64,000 bases of DNA, taken from the NCBI GenBank assembly GCA_950097015.1, contig CATNEN010000033.1, forward strand, positions 4,588,001-4,652,000, given 5' to 3'. The notes beneath the pieces were generated by a model, which was not told where the DNA came from, searched no databases, and saw nothing but the letters and a program-made list of their open reading frames with translations. Source of the stretch: Macrostomum hystrix. Lineage: Eukaryota > Animalia > Platyhelminthes. This document shows, one piece after another, positions 44,057 through 56,800 of the stretch. Within the stretch, counting starts at the first letter, position 1. Every line of letters begins with the position of its first letter. The position numbers and the translations under genes are program-made.

Positions 44057-44420
44057 ATGAGGTGGCTGCAAATTATCCTACTGACTGCACTGGTCGCCAG
44101 TTCCGCGAACGCGCTCCTACGTCGCGGCCGTCACGACCTTCGTTCCGTCATTGTAGCCCAGCCGGCCGACTTCTTCGGCAATCCAGAATCGCTGAAGGAA
44201 TATCTGCACAGCCTCAACGGCTACTTTGCTGCGCTAGGCAGGGCGAGGTATGACGTCTGGCTTGAGAATGCCTCTCTGAGTTCCTAATTCATTATTTATT
44301 ATTGAATATAGCTTTATTGCCACAACTTTTTATTTCAGGTACAACAAGCGGGCCATCGAGTATGCCAACGAGCCGCTCAAGAAGGCGGCCTCGGAACTGG
44401 CGACGGACGATCAAACCTGA
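44057..44420 (+). CDS. npy: Neuropeptide Y/F-like precursor (90 aa) ending ...GRARY-N-KR
   Basis: Exons 44057-44247 and 44339-44420; phase-2 intron in the last Arg codon of RxRY, a hallmark of NPY/NPF genes. Hydrophobic signal peptide; LKEYLHSLNGYFAALGRARY; AATAAA at 44484. Confidence 0.88.
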
Positions 44421-46667
44421 CTTGAAATTTCAACTTGAAGTGGCACCAGAGATTTAGCTGAGGATGCTCTCTGAGTTATTTTTAATAAAGTCATAATTAG
44501 ATGAGAACTTATTGAATGTCTTTTAAATACACCATGAAAACTAAGTCATGTACTTTAGAAAACTGAAAAAGTCTCAAGACTGTCAACCATGCTCTGCAGA
44601 GGAATCAGACCATGCGAGCTAGGAGTCAAAATATTATCAATCACTTGTAATTCCGGCTATTTTATTTATTGTATTATTTTTTGTTTAAGTACTCACGCCA
44701 TAAACCACAATTGACAGCTATATACTGTTCATATCATGATGACAAAATATTACAATATTACATTTTATTTAAATCGTATTATCGTATCGATGATCATGTG
44801 GTCGTCGGCAAGGAAGCATCGATAAATGTCATGCGGGTATTCGCCATGAAGTTAGAACAGATAGTTCGGCCTGTCCCCTACTAGAAATCAGAATTGTCAC
44901 AAGCAGTGGCGAGAATTTTGAGAGCGAAGACTTTTTGGTATTTTAGTTGAAAGGTACCTCGATTTCCTTGAGTGGCTAGCTAGTAGTGTTTCCAGTATAA
45001 TATACACGATACGAATTATCATAAATATACACGATACAATGCTAAATTGTACCTAACAAATTACATCGATGCAACAGGCAACGATCTGCAACAAATTACA
45101 GTACGCGGTGCAAGACTTTTTTATTAAAGCAAGGGGTGAATTTTTAATCTGCTGATAGTTACATACGACAGCACATTTATCCATCAAAACCAATGATTGA
45201 ATATACGGACCTTCTGTTTTCGCTGCTCATTTGAATTTCAAAAGCCAGTTACATATTGCTTAATTTAGATCTGATAGATCATGGCACCCCAAAAAACGAC
45301 ACCTAGTCTATAGCATGCATGTTGTTAAAAATGTAAAAAATTGAGATTTGACACTCGTAGACTTAAAAAAGAGATTACTTTAGTATAGATTTCTCTCTTC
45401 TTGCTTTCGCTTTATTTTCGAACCATTTTGCCCGAGTAATTGAGAATTTTAATTTTTCTTTTAAGATATGTAGCTGCGACCTGATACATGTTATTGGGTT
45501 AAGCTGTTAGGTGGGCTGAGGGCTGTTTTAGTCCAGAATGCTCTTCAACCATAAAATTATGACTGACTTATTTCGTATTTAACGAATTTTGTCACAGTTT
45601 AAAAAATAAGCGCTGCGTATTAACTATTTATAACTTTAACTTTGTAATGTTGTATTGCATATCAAAACAATTTTTAAAGTAGCTCTGTAGTAAGTAACTA
45701 ATTTAATGCTACAACACAATTTGTGTGCATGAACATGATATGAAGTCAATGAAGTAATTAATTAAAGATGAAGTTTTCCTTTAGGGCCTATAGCATTTTA
45801 TTTAGGCTTTTACTTTTCCAAGATCCAAGTTAACTATTCCTTAACTTTAAAAAATAAACTGCGAGATATGCCTAAGTAAAGTTAGCCATCTTTTTGTATC
45901 TATCTGAACTAGGGCTAGGCCCCTAGTAAATATTGCACTGAGCAATTTTGCAAAATCACAGTAAATATATATGCCTTCACTTTATTACTTATTACTTGGC
46001 AGTTAAAAAATGTATGGAATATTGTGATCATGTTGATTGTTAGCAAAAGAAGTAGCACACTTATAAAACTTTTAAGGCAAAATGTACATATAATTTTAGC
46101 TCAAAGAAATATACTAATTCATAAAGTAGGCCTATATTAGAAATAAAATGCTATAGTGAAACTGTTTTTAATAAATAAATTCCAACACAATATTTACCTA
46201 AACTTTAGAATTTGAATGGGACTGGTAGGTTGCAGCAGTACTTTTAGATAATCTGTATGAATAGCCAGTGCATCTTGGTAGTGACCATCTGCCAATAGAT
46301 AATGTGGTTGCTTAATGATTAAATTCAAAATTTCATTTCAAACCAATTAGATGGCTCATAAAAAACAAAGAGCTAATGCCAGTGAAAACAGTTTTAGAAA
46401 TGCCACTAACCAATTGAATTCCTCATTTCATTAAAAAAAGTTGCATCTCAGATATTCTCTGAAGAGCTAGTTTTCATGTAAAACTAAAAGACAATGGCAA
46501 GCTTTAGTTGGTATTTGGTCTTAAACTGTTCTATGTTTTTTTACATTACAAAAATATCTTAGTCCTAACTGATCAGAGACTGGCAATCTCTCAATTAGGA
46601 AAGAACCCAATAATTACTGTTCAACAAAGTTTTTTTTAGAATTCTATTCAAAATTAGACATAAGACA

Positions 46668-46818
46668 GGGGGTTGGTAGCAGAGTGGTTAATGTGTTTGC
46701 CTCTCACACCATGGTCCCTAATTTCAACTCCCATGGTGAGGTCACATTTATTTGGGGTGCAGCCACAGAGAGAAGGCTTGCTCGCAGCCCTCCTGCAATA
46801 TTTTTTTATTATTTTATT
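46668..46818 (+). mobile_element. SINE family A, internally deleted copy
   Basis: Head and 3' tail match 52259-52628 and are joined at aaggcttg|ctcgcagccctcctgcaa. Confidence 0.75.
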
Positions 46819-46889
46819 CAGACATTAGAGAATTTATTTCATGTGCGACCCTTGCCGTCTGCATTTCCTCAGCTGACCCACCTGCCAAC

Positions 46890-47348
46890 ATGTCGCTGAT
46901 CATCCCGGCCAGCTTCAAGCACATCATTCGCATCTCCAACACCAACATCGATGGCAAGGTGATGGCCCGCACTGCCCTGACCTCAATCAAGGGCGTCGGC
47001 AGGCGCTACGCCGACCTGGTGGCCAAGCGGGCCGGCATCAGCCGCGACCGCCGCGCTGGCCAGCTGTCCGATGACGAGATTGAACAGCTCGTGACCATCA
47101 TTATGAATCCTCAGCAGTTCAAGATCCCGCACTGGGTGCTCAACAGGCAGAAGGACATCAAGGACATGAAGCACCGGCACGCCATTGGCAACCAGCTGGA
47201 CACCAAGCTGCGCGAGGATCTGGAGCGGCTGAAGCGCGTGCGCGCGCACCGCGGCCTGCGCCACTTCTGGAGCCTCCGAGTGCGCGGCCAGCACACCAAG
47301 ACCACCGGACGTCGCGGCCGAACCGTCGGTGTGTCCAAGAAGAAGTAG
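46890..47348 (+). CDS. RPS18: 40S ribosomal protein S18 (uS13), intronless CDS, divergent (152 aa)
   Basis: [23 protein letters not shown]...KGVGRRY...LNRQKD...LREDLERLK...[33 protein letters not shown]. Confidence 0.95.
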   Translation: MSLIIPASFKHIIRISNTNIDGKVMARTALTSIKGVGRRYADLVAKRAGISRDRRAGQLSDDEIEQLVTIIMNPQQFKIPHWVLNRQKDIKDMKHRHAIGNQLDTKLREDLERLKRVRAHRGLRHFWSLRVRGQHTKTTGRRGRTVGVSKKK

Positions 47349-47929
47349 GGATAAGTCTACTTGGCGATGGCTGGATGGACTCTTTGAGTAATATAGAATG
47401 CAGTTGCTAAGCAAATACAAAAGAATGGTGCAGCAATCAAGGCTTTGTGAATTGTGTTAAGGCTGATTGGCTGAGTGTTGGATTAAAAATGTGTCGCTTG
47501 TTGAGGCTTGTTCTTTTATCTTTATCGTGACCAATTTTAGCTAGAGCTGCTTTTCTTCACTGATTTAACTTACTGAGCAAGTGAGCGCCAATGCGACTAG
47601 GCCACCGAAATTCTTTTGAAAAGCAGTAGAAGCGAAGGGAACCATTTTTGTATTTAATTCTCCCACCGCAAACCATGACAATAGCAGTCTATTGTGTATA
47701 TTAAATGATGCTTTTTCGCATTTTTAAGCAAGTTTTGGCAAATGTCTTGCGGTCAAACGAGTATATCTAAAAATGAGACAATAAAAATATAATAATAGCG
47801 GGTCGACTCGACAGGAGAGATAAGACATGGAATGGATAAGACGGGGAGATGAGACACTGGAGTGATAAGACAGGAGAGGTGAGAAATTTAATAAATGAAA
47901 TAGGATAAATGAGACATCTAGTGGATAAG

Positions 47930-48490
47930 ACAGGAGAGAAGACATGGAATAGATGAAACAGGAGAGATGAGACATGGAATAGGTGGAACAGGAGAGATGA
48001 GACATGGAATAGTTGAAACATGAGAGATGAGACATGGAATAGTTGAAACAGGAGAGATGAGACATGGAATAGATGAAACAGGAGATATGAGACATGGAAT
48101 AGATGAAACAGGAGATATGAGACATGGAATAGATGAAACAGGAGATATGAGACATGGAATAGATGAAACAGGAGATATGAGACATGGAATAGATGAAACA
48201 GGAGAGATGAGGCATGGAATAGATGAAACAGGAGATATGAGACATGGAATAGATGAAACAGGAGAGATGAGGCATGGAATATATGAAACAGGAGATATGA
48301 GACATGGAATAGATGAAACAGGAGAGATGAGACATGGAATAGATGAAACAGGAGAGATGAGACATGGAATAGATGAAACAGGAGATATGAGACATGGAAT
48401 AGATGAAACAGGAGAGATGAGACATGGAATAGATGAAACAGGAGAGATGAGACATGGAATAGATGAAACAGGAGAGATGAGACACTTTAA
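47930..48490. repeat. 30-bp minisatellite, ~18 copies (degenerate copies back to ~47810)
   Basis: Unit gacatggaatagatgaaacaggaga(g/t)atga. Confidence 0.95.
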
Positions 48491-48849
48491 GCACATGAGA
48501 CAACGGATCCTTGTGGGTCGTATCTGGCAAGCTACCATTTTTCCGATCCCTGTTTCAAAGGTTCAATGCAGTGGTGCCACCACATGTTGGGAAAATCTGC
48601 CAGTAATACGAGTACCAATAGCAAATATGAGACAGGAGACAGGACAGGTGATGAAAGGGTCCAGAGGGTAATGAGTCGGATTTCACTCATTTTAGGATAC
48701 TCAACAGTAGGACTACCAAGCCATTTTGCTGCCCGTTTTCTCCTCCCGGCCCCTGAAAAAAATTTTGGCAGCGCCCGAATGCTAACAGCTTTAGGTGGTG
48801 ACTGATTGGTTGACAGACTAGGCGAGGGTGTCCTGTGGTTGAGCTGCGC

Positions 48850-49170
48850 CTAATATTCAGGCTTGATCAGTGAAATTGGAGAAATTGGCGTCAGGGTGTC
48901 CATAGTGGCCTAGTTCTACATGTTGTAGCCCTTGAAGGTCCAGCAGTCCGTGTAGAATGTAGATAAAGCTAGGTGACCACCGAAGAGGGAGATGATGCAG
49001 GCACATTCGGGTGACATAAATTTTGAAGGCCTGGCAAGGCAGCACTGAGGCGCAGTGCTAATTTGGGGTATATCAAATACACTAGCGCTTACAGGAAAAA
49101 TCTGATCTTCGGCGAGAATCATTGAATATCTCGACGGTCTGAAGAGCTGGCGGCTTGATTCTTGTTTCAG
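48850..49170 (-). mobile_element. Possible highly decayed Merlin/ISXO2-like transposase remnant
   Basis: Pieces in different frames (QTVEIFNDSRRR, STFYTDCWTFKGYN, LGHYGHPDANFSNFTD) occur in the order expected for TVEIDES / TIYSDCWKGY / HxTVNHSxNFVD. Confidence 0.3.
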
Positions 49171-50878
49171 AAGATGCGCAACAAAAAGTTGGCCGTGTTC
49201 TTGAGTTTGGTGTGAACAGTAAAAAATGGTCAGGAGGGAAACTTTTTGTTACTAGGAAACGAATCAAGTCCCCCCTTTGTAGTTTGGTTGGTTCCGGCAG
49301 TGATACGCCCGCTTTATATACTGCTGTCCTATATAAGTCGTTAGTAGTACAGTTGAAAAATGCTAGAGGAAAGTTTATTAGCGAAAAGACGGAAGCCAGC
49401 AAACTGCAGAGGTACGTCAGAGCCTGGATTTTGCAGCCTAAAAGCTCTCTGCCTGATAGACAGCCTAGGCAAACAGTGCTTTGAACTCTGGTAGCTCTCA
49501 AAGCCAAGCTTAGCTGCTCTTCACAAGCACACACTTGCATGGTTAACGAGCCATTACAGGTGCGTAAATCTGTGGGGATCGCAAGTCATGGCTGTTTAAA
49601 GGCTTTCACTTGTGCCTGTCAGCTTTTGCAGTCTACAATAAACTGTACTGGTTCTCTTTGCTACAGTTGAACACAGGTCCCCTATAGACTACGGAAGATA
49701 CTTTAAATTAGGTTCATATATTGCAGAATGTGAAAGTCTCTTATGCTAACCTCCGTATACAGTTGCACTTTTATCTCGCAAATTAAATTATAACTTCAGC
49801 ACAATCTATATAGCTCCTTGGTTATCGAGGTAGATTCCATTCAGAGGCACAATGAGACGTCTCTCACTGTTCTGAGCAGAAGATGGCAAGTCTTATCCCT
49901 GCCATTGTGCAACAATGGAACAAGTCTCTCGGGCCAGTTTAATTCTGAGTCGTTGACGGTAAGCATCAAGGCAATAGGCCGCTGGGGGTTGATATGGGTA
50001 TCCTCTGCTGCTGCTAGTTCTCCATTATTGATGGCAGCTTGGTGAGGCGGACGGTATGTATCTGCGGTGAGTGCTTCAAGTGTTTGTGAGCATATACTAG
50101 CTTTATTGGCTTGGAGTTGAGTCTGCCATGTGTGATGATGGCTCAACATTCAGAGAGAAAAGTGGTGACAGCTGAGCGGGTACACCTGAAGCCATGCTGA
50201 GCTTGCATGGACACACAGCTAGCTGGCTAATTTAATCAGATGAAAAAATTAGCTTTTACTAATTCAGAGGGAGAGCAGCCTGTTGACTGGGTCCTTCGGA
50301 CAATAAGCTGATTGTATTTTATAAAAACACTTCCAACGATACCGCATGCAACTACCTGGACACACCTGTTGTTGGTCAAGGACTGATCGATGACTAATCT
50401 CCTGCATGCCACTGGACCGGCATAGGGTTGGCAGCTGACTGAATAGCCTCGCTCTCATTGGATGAGCCAGTTGGTCCAAGGATTGTATAAGGCTTTGAGG
50501 TTCCAATTCCTTGCCTGCATTTTTATTAAACAAACAAAAAGGCATCGCGTGGCTCACGCAGCTTCGCCTTCTCGTCTCGCTGAAGAGCGCCAAGTTTTGG
50601 CTGCTGTCAAATACCGAGCAGCCTCCAGTCCAGCTGTCTGCTATATAATTTTCTCATTCTTTACTTTCTTGTCAAACTGACCTCTCCCCGTGTCTCTCGA
50701 CCTGTGTTGAAGTAGTATTACAGTTAGCTGCCCTATATAGAACATACTCGTACACACAACGGGCCATTGTTTAGCGGTGCAGCCACTCAACTAAAACGCT
50801 GCGCAAGTTCATCTCTGGTCTCCGCTCTCTTCATCTTGAGGAGTTTTGCCTTGGCGTGCCGCCAGCGGCTCTCCCACC

Positions 50879-53800
50879 ATGACCGCGGCGGCGACTGCGC
50901 ATTGGGACGCCAGGCGAAACCCATTGCGGTCCGGCCCCGCTGGTGGCAGCTCTTCCAGCGAGATCCAGGTGAGGCGGGTTGAGGGACTTCTTTCAGTGAG
51001 ACTGAGTTTATCAGATAACTTTTTACACATACGGCTCGTAGAAGAATGACAACTTTCCTCGAATTTGATTGACATCTTGACACCGTTCCCGGCCGCCGAA
51101 TTCTCAACCCAGGGTCACCTGGCCTGGCTGAACTCCAACCTGGCGCTGGACTCATCCCCAGGTAGCCAGCAGCGCCGGCCGCAGTCCATCAGCCTTCAGG
51201 CTGCCGTGGCCGACGGTCTGTCGCTGCCACTGCTGGTGGAGAAGCTGCGTGAGTGGCGGGTGTTATGACACCTACCGACACGCCTATGACTGGTGTGCTT
51301 ATGACACCTGTGACTGTTGTGCTTATGACACCTATGACTGGTGTGCTTATGACACCTACGACTGGTGTGCTTATGACACCTGTGACTGTTGTGCTTATGA
51401 CACCTATGACTGGTGTGCTTATGACACCTATGACTGGTGTGCTTATGACACCTATGACTAGTGTGCTTATGACCGATACACCTATGACTGGTGTGCTTAT
51501 GAGTACAAATTTATCTTGTCACTGAGCTAGGCAGCGCTCGTTGAAGTTAACAAACTCGAATTTGAGGTCTCCTAAAAAATGCCGTCCGCATTTCAGTGGA
51601 TCAGCCGATTGCCGGCCTAAATCGAGCTCCACTGACTCGGGCCGCTCGCCTAGCAAATCTGGACCTGTGCGTGAGCCACCTGTGCCGGCTGGGTGCTGCT
51701 CAGCCAAGCAGCAGCGCCTCAGGTGAGCCGCAAACCTCAGGTTACCCACTTAGCCATTGTCCACTTTTGACGGAGCCAATCGACCTTAACGCATCCGCAG
51801 AGATCATTTCCGGCTCGCTGTACCAGACGTTGAACTTGGTCCGCTGGGTCAGGAGCTTCTGTGATGCCAGAGCTGCAGCAGCCGCGGCGGCCGCTGTAAG
51901 TAGCCATTGTGGTAGCTATGGTGATGCTGTAAGTAGCCATTGTGGTAGCTATGGTGATGCTGTAAGTAGCCATTGTGGTAGCTATGGTGATGCTGTAAGT
52001 AGCCATTGTGGTAGCTATGGTGATGCTGTAAGTAGCCATTGTGGTAGCTATGGTGATGCTGTAAGTAGCCATTGTGGTAGCTATGGTGATGCTGTAAGTA
52101 GCCATTGTGGTAGCTATGGTGATGCTGTAAGTAGCCATTGTGGTAGCTATGGTGATGCTGTAAGTAGCCATTGTGGTAGCTATGGTGATGCTGTAAGTAG
52201 CCATTGTGGTAGCTATGGTGATGCTGTAAGTAGCCATTGTGGTAGCTATGGTGATGCTGGGGGGGGGTCGGTGGCAGAGCGGTTATCGCGTTTGCCTCTC
52301 GCACCACGGTCCCTAAGTTCGATTCCAGGGCGAGGCCACATTTATTTGGGGCGCAGCCGCGGAGAGAAGGCTTGGGGGGCTTGTCGTGCAATTTACGCTC
52401 TTGAGGGCCAACCTCCAAGGCACAGTGAGAGTGTACACTGCCTGACGATGAGAAAGTCAGGGCAGATGTACACACCTGTGTGAGCGTGTGCCTGCGTACA
52501 GTATCTGTGTGCGTGTGTGCTCAGGAGTCAGCGAAATGGGCAGAATTGCCTCCTCGCTGGTTGCGGGTCTAGTGTCACTAAATGATGTGCCACTGCCCGC
52601 AGCCCTCCTGCAATTATTATTATTATTATGGTAACGCTGTAGGCAGCTATTGTGGTTGCTATGCGATTGCTGCAAATATTATACATATATTTAGCTCAGT
52701 GCTCAACAGCATCGGACTGTTGACGTGAAGGTCGTGTAATCGATTCCAGACTCCACTGAAAAAATTGTTTACTTTAGCAAGAGACTAAACACTGCATTTA
52801 TTCAGTCCACTTAACTCTTTTATGGTTACAGGCATTGGGTAGGGAGTAATTAAGTGTGTGGGTGTGGCACCCCGCAGTCCATGGACTGAGCAGCCGCAGC
52901 CTTCAGATCTGCACATCTGGCCCAATTAGGGCAGGCTTAATCAATAACTGCTATGGTGATGCTGCAAGTAGCGATTGCATAGAGATCCCGTGCATGAGTG
53001 AAGTAGTGGCTGAAGAGATTCCGTGCATGAGTGAAGTAGTGGCTGAAGAGATTCCGTGCATGAGTGAAGTAGTGGCTGAAGAGATCCCGTGCATGAGTGA
53101 AGTAGTGGCTGAAGAGATCCCGTGCATGAGTGAAGTAGTGGCTGAAGAGATCCCGTGCATGAGTGAAGTAGTGGCTGAAGAGATCCCGTGCATGAGTGAA
53201 GTAGTGGCTGAAGAGATCCCGTGCATGAGTGAAGTAGTGGCTGAAGAGATTCCGTGCATGAGTGAAATAGTGGCTGAAGAGATCCCGTGCATGAGTGAAG
53301 TAGTGGCTGAAGAGATCCCGTGCATGAGTGAAGTAGTGGCTGAAGAGATCCCGTGCATGAGTGAAGTAGTGGCTGAAGAGATCCCGTGCATGAGTGAAGT
53401 AGTGGCTGAAGAGATTCCGCAACTCGTGCAGGCTCGCGCTAAACCCAGGACAACAGTACAGCAGCAGAAACAGCAGCACCACAGGCAGCAGCAGTTGAAG
53501 CAGCAGCAGCAGCAACTGCCAATCACTCAGCAGCCCGTGTCACCTGGCAAGGCAGCTCCACCTGCGCCTTTGACCCGCATCGACCCCGTCTATCAGCAGC
53601 CGAAAGAGGAAGACGGTGAGATCTTTTAACAAAGGCTTTTCTGCATCTTGGCAATATCTCCATAGAACTTTAAAATGGCAACAGAGATGCTACATGTATA
53701 ATCAAATGATAAATTCTTGCCTTTTATATTGAGTTTCAGTTAACGGACAGCTGACCAGTAGAAGCAGTCAAGTTCGCCTCATCACAGTGGTAAGAGAAAC

Positions 53801-56800
53801 TATATTTTCACTACCGAAGGCGACTGTCCTCCAAGTGCAACTACAGATAAAAGCTTTGATTCTGCCTTATCAGCAATCAGCCAAGCCGCAGGCGCGCAGC
53901 TCCAGTGTCACCGTGCAGAAGATAGCCGAGACATCTTCTGTGACCGTCACAGAGGAGGATCTTCGAGAAGTCCCGGATTCAGTGAGTTTGGGAGAGTTGG
54001 AAAAAGCACTTTCAAGTATACTTTTTCGATATTTACAATTGAAGTTATTGTTTTATTCTTCTGCAGCATTCGAAAATAGACTCTATAAATCATTAGAAAG
54101 AATTTTCTAGAAAAATGTATTTTTATATTCTCTTTTCTTTTATTTCTACTATAAGTAGCTTTCACGGAAATGACTGATTAATTTTGGCCATATTCTTCGT
54201 AAAGAATGTTCTAGAAAGACCTGTCTAAAAATAGCACTCTGCAGCTTGGGCAAGCGGGTGACGGGCTGTGTGGAGAGTTCTGGAAGTTTCGCGAAGACGG
54301 GCTGTGGTCTATAAAAGAAGGCGATATTGCGGGCTCCTCCATCAGCAAATTCGGATCGCAACCGAAGCAAACCAAAAGCCAGAAGCATCTCACAAGCGAC
54401 TCACAAAGCGTCAGTGCTTTGCGAAGCTATCAATTGAAGCTAGAGAGAAGCGACTCAAGTTCTGAGAAGCAATTCCAAGCAACATGGGCAAGAGGAACGG
54501 ACCCGCAATCGGCATCGACCTGGGCACCACGTACTCATGCGTGGGCGTTTTCCAGGCAGGCAAGGTGGAAATCATAGCCAATGACCAGGGCAACAGAACC
54601 ACGCCGAGCTACGTGGCCTTCACGGACACCGAGAGGCTGGTGGGCGATGCGGCGAAGAACCAGGTGGCGATGAACCCGGAGAACACAGTGTTTGACGCCA
54701 AGCGGCTTATTGGTCGCAAGTTCAGCGACGAGACGGTGCAACGGGACCTGAAGCTGTGGCCGTTCAAGGTGGTGAGTGACGGAGGCCGGCCGAAGATTGA
54801 GGTTCAGTACATGGGCGAGAGGCGCAGCTTCTACCCGGAGGAGATCTCGGCCATGGTGCTGACCAAGATGAAGGAGACTGCGGAGGCCTACCTTGGCGAG
54901 AAGGTGATGGACGCTGTGATCACGGTGCCGGCCTACTTCAACGACAGCCAGCGGCAGGCGACGAAGGACGCGGGCGCGATCGCCGGGCTGAATGTGCTGC
55001 GGATTGTGAACGAGCCGACGGCAGCTGCTCTGGCCTACGGGCTGGACAAGAGCCTGGAGGGCGAGAAGAACATTCTGATCTTCGACCTGGGAGGCGGCAC
55101 GTTCGACGTGTCCATCCTGACGGTGTCGGAGGGCAGCATGTTCGAGGTGCAATCGACGGCTGGCGACACTCACCTGGGCGGCGAGGACTTTGACAACCGG
55201 CTGGTGGAGCACCTGATGCAGGAGTTCAAGCGCAAGTACCGCAAGGATATGAGCGGCAACGCTCGCGCAGTGAGGCGGCTGCGCACGGCGGCCGAGCGAG
55301 CGAAGCGAACTCTGAGCAGCTCGGCGCAGGCGAGCATCGAGATTGACTCGCTGTTTGAGGGCGTCGACTTTTACACCAGCGTGACCAGGGCTCGCTTCGA
55401 GGAGCTGTGCGCCGACCTCTTCCGCCAGACGATGGAGCCGGTGGAGCGAGCGCTGAGGGACGCCAAGATGGACAAGAGCAGCATCAGCGAGATTGTCCTG
55501 GTGGGCGGATCCACGCGGATCCCGAAGGTGCAGAAGCTGCTGCAGGAGTTCATGGGCGGCCGGTCGCTGAACAAGTCGATCAACCCGGACGAGGCGGTCG
55601 CCTACGGTGCGGCAGTTCAGGCGGCCGTGCTGACCGGCGTGAAGGACGAGAAGATCGAGGACCTGCTGCTACTGGACGTGGCTCCGCTGTCGCTGGGCAT
55701 CGAGACCGCCGGCGGCGTGATGACCAAGATCGTGGAGAGGAACAGCCGCATCCCGACTAAGGCGACGCAGACGTTCACGACGTACTCGGACAACCAGAGC
55801 GGCGTCACCATCCAGGTGTTTGAGGGCGAGCGGGCGCTCACCAGGGACAACCACCTGCTGGGCCAGTTCAACCTGGATGGCATCCCGCCAGCGCCTCGCG
55901 GAGTGCCGCAGATCGAGGTGACCTTCGACGTCGACGCCAACGGAATCCTGGTGGTGTCGGCGAAGGACAAGAGCACCAGCCGGGAGGAGAAGATCACGAT
56001 CACGAACGACAAGGGCCGACTCTCGAAGGACGAGATCGAGCGCATGGTGCGCGACGCGGAGAAGTTTCACGCGGAGGACGAGCGGCACCGCGAGCGTCTG
56101 ACAGCCCGCAACCAGCTGGAGTCGCTCGCCTTCCAGTACAAGCAGGCGGCCGAGGACTGCAAGGATCGGTTGGGCGAGAAGGAGGCCAGCGATGTGACCG
56201 CCGCGTGCAACCGCGTCATCTCCTGGCTGGAGAACAACCAGACCGCCGACAAGGACGAGATCGCCGAGCAGCAGCGCCAGCTGAGCAGCCTGTGCTCACC
56301 TCTCATGGCCAAGCTGCATCAGCAGCAGCAGCAGCAGCCGCCGCAGCACGGACCGCAGCGAGCGGGTCGCGCCGGCGGACCAACCGTCGAGGAGGTCGAC
56401 TGAGCGCATCTCCATGCACTGACTGAGCGTCCCTTTCTCATATTGTAGCCTTTTGGACTTACCTTAACGAGTACATGTTAATATTTGTGAATAAATTTAA
56501 ATATTTTGTTTACTGAAGCCAACATTGTGGTTAAAATTTCTATTCATAGAGAGAGTTGCCCTGCTCTCCTCAAGAATTTCAACTGTACATGTTTGTTTTA
56601 TATTTTTGACAGCCATTGTTTAATTCCTGCTTCGTTCGTTGAAGTTAAAATAAAAAATATTTCGGTTAAATTATGTAAACAATTGTGATACAGCTATAAA
56701 GTTATATTGTGTTGTTTCATAACACTGTTCATCAATCCCAATGAGCACTTAGTTCTTTGCTTGAGTGGCCGTCGAGTTGCGATCGACGGCTGGCGACACT

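Noticed and set aside
44900-46600. AT-rich stretch that might be a DNA transposon
   Set aside because: No terminal inverted repeats, TSD or transposase remnant could be identified by eye.
47724-48671. ORFs MRHGIDETG / SHLSCFIYSM
   Set aside because: Products of the 30-bp minisatellite, open on both strands by chance.
52259-52340. Functional tRNA gene
   Set aside because: A and B boxes are present, but no convincing cloverleaf; it continues into a SINE body and (ATT)n tail.
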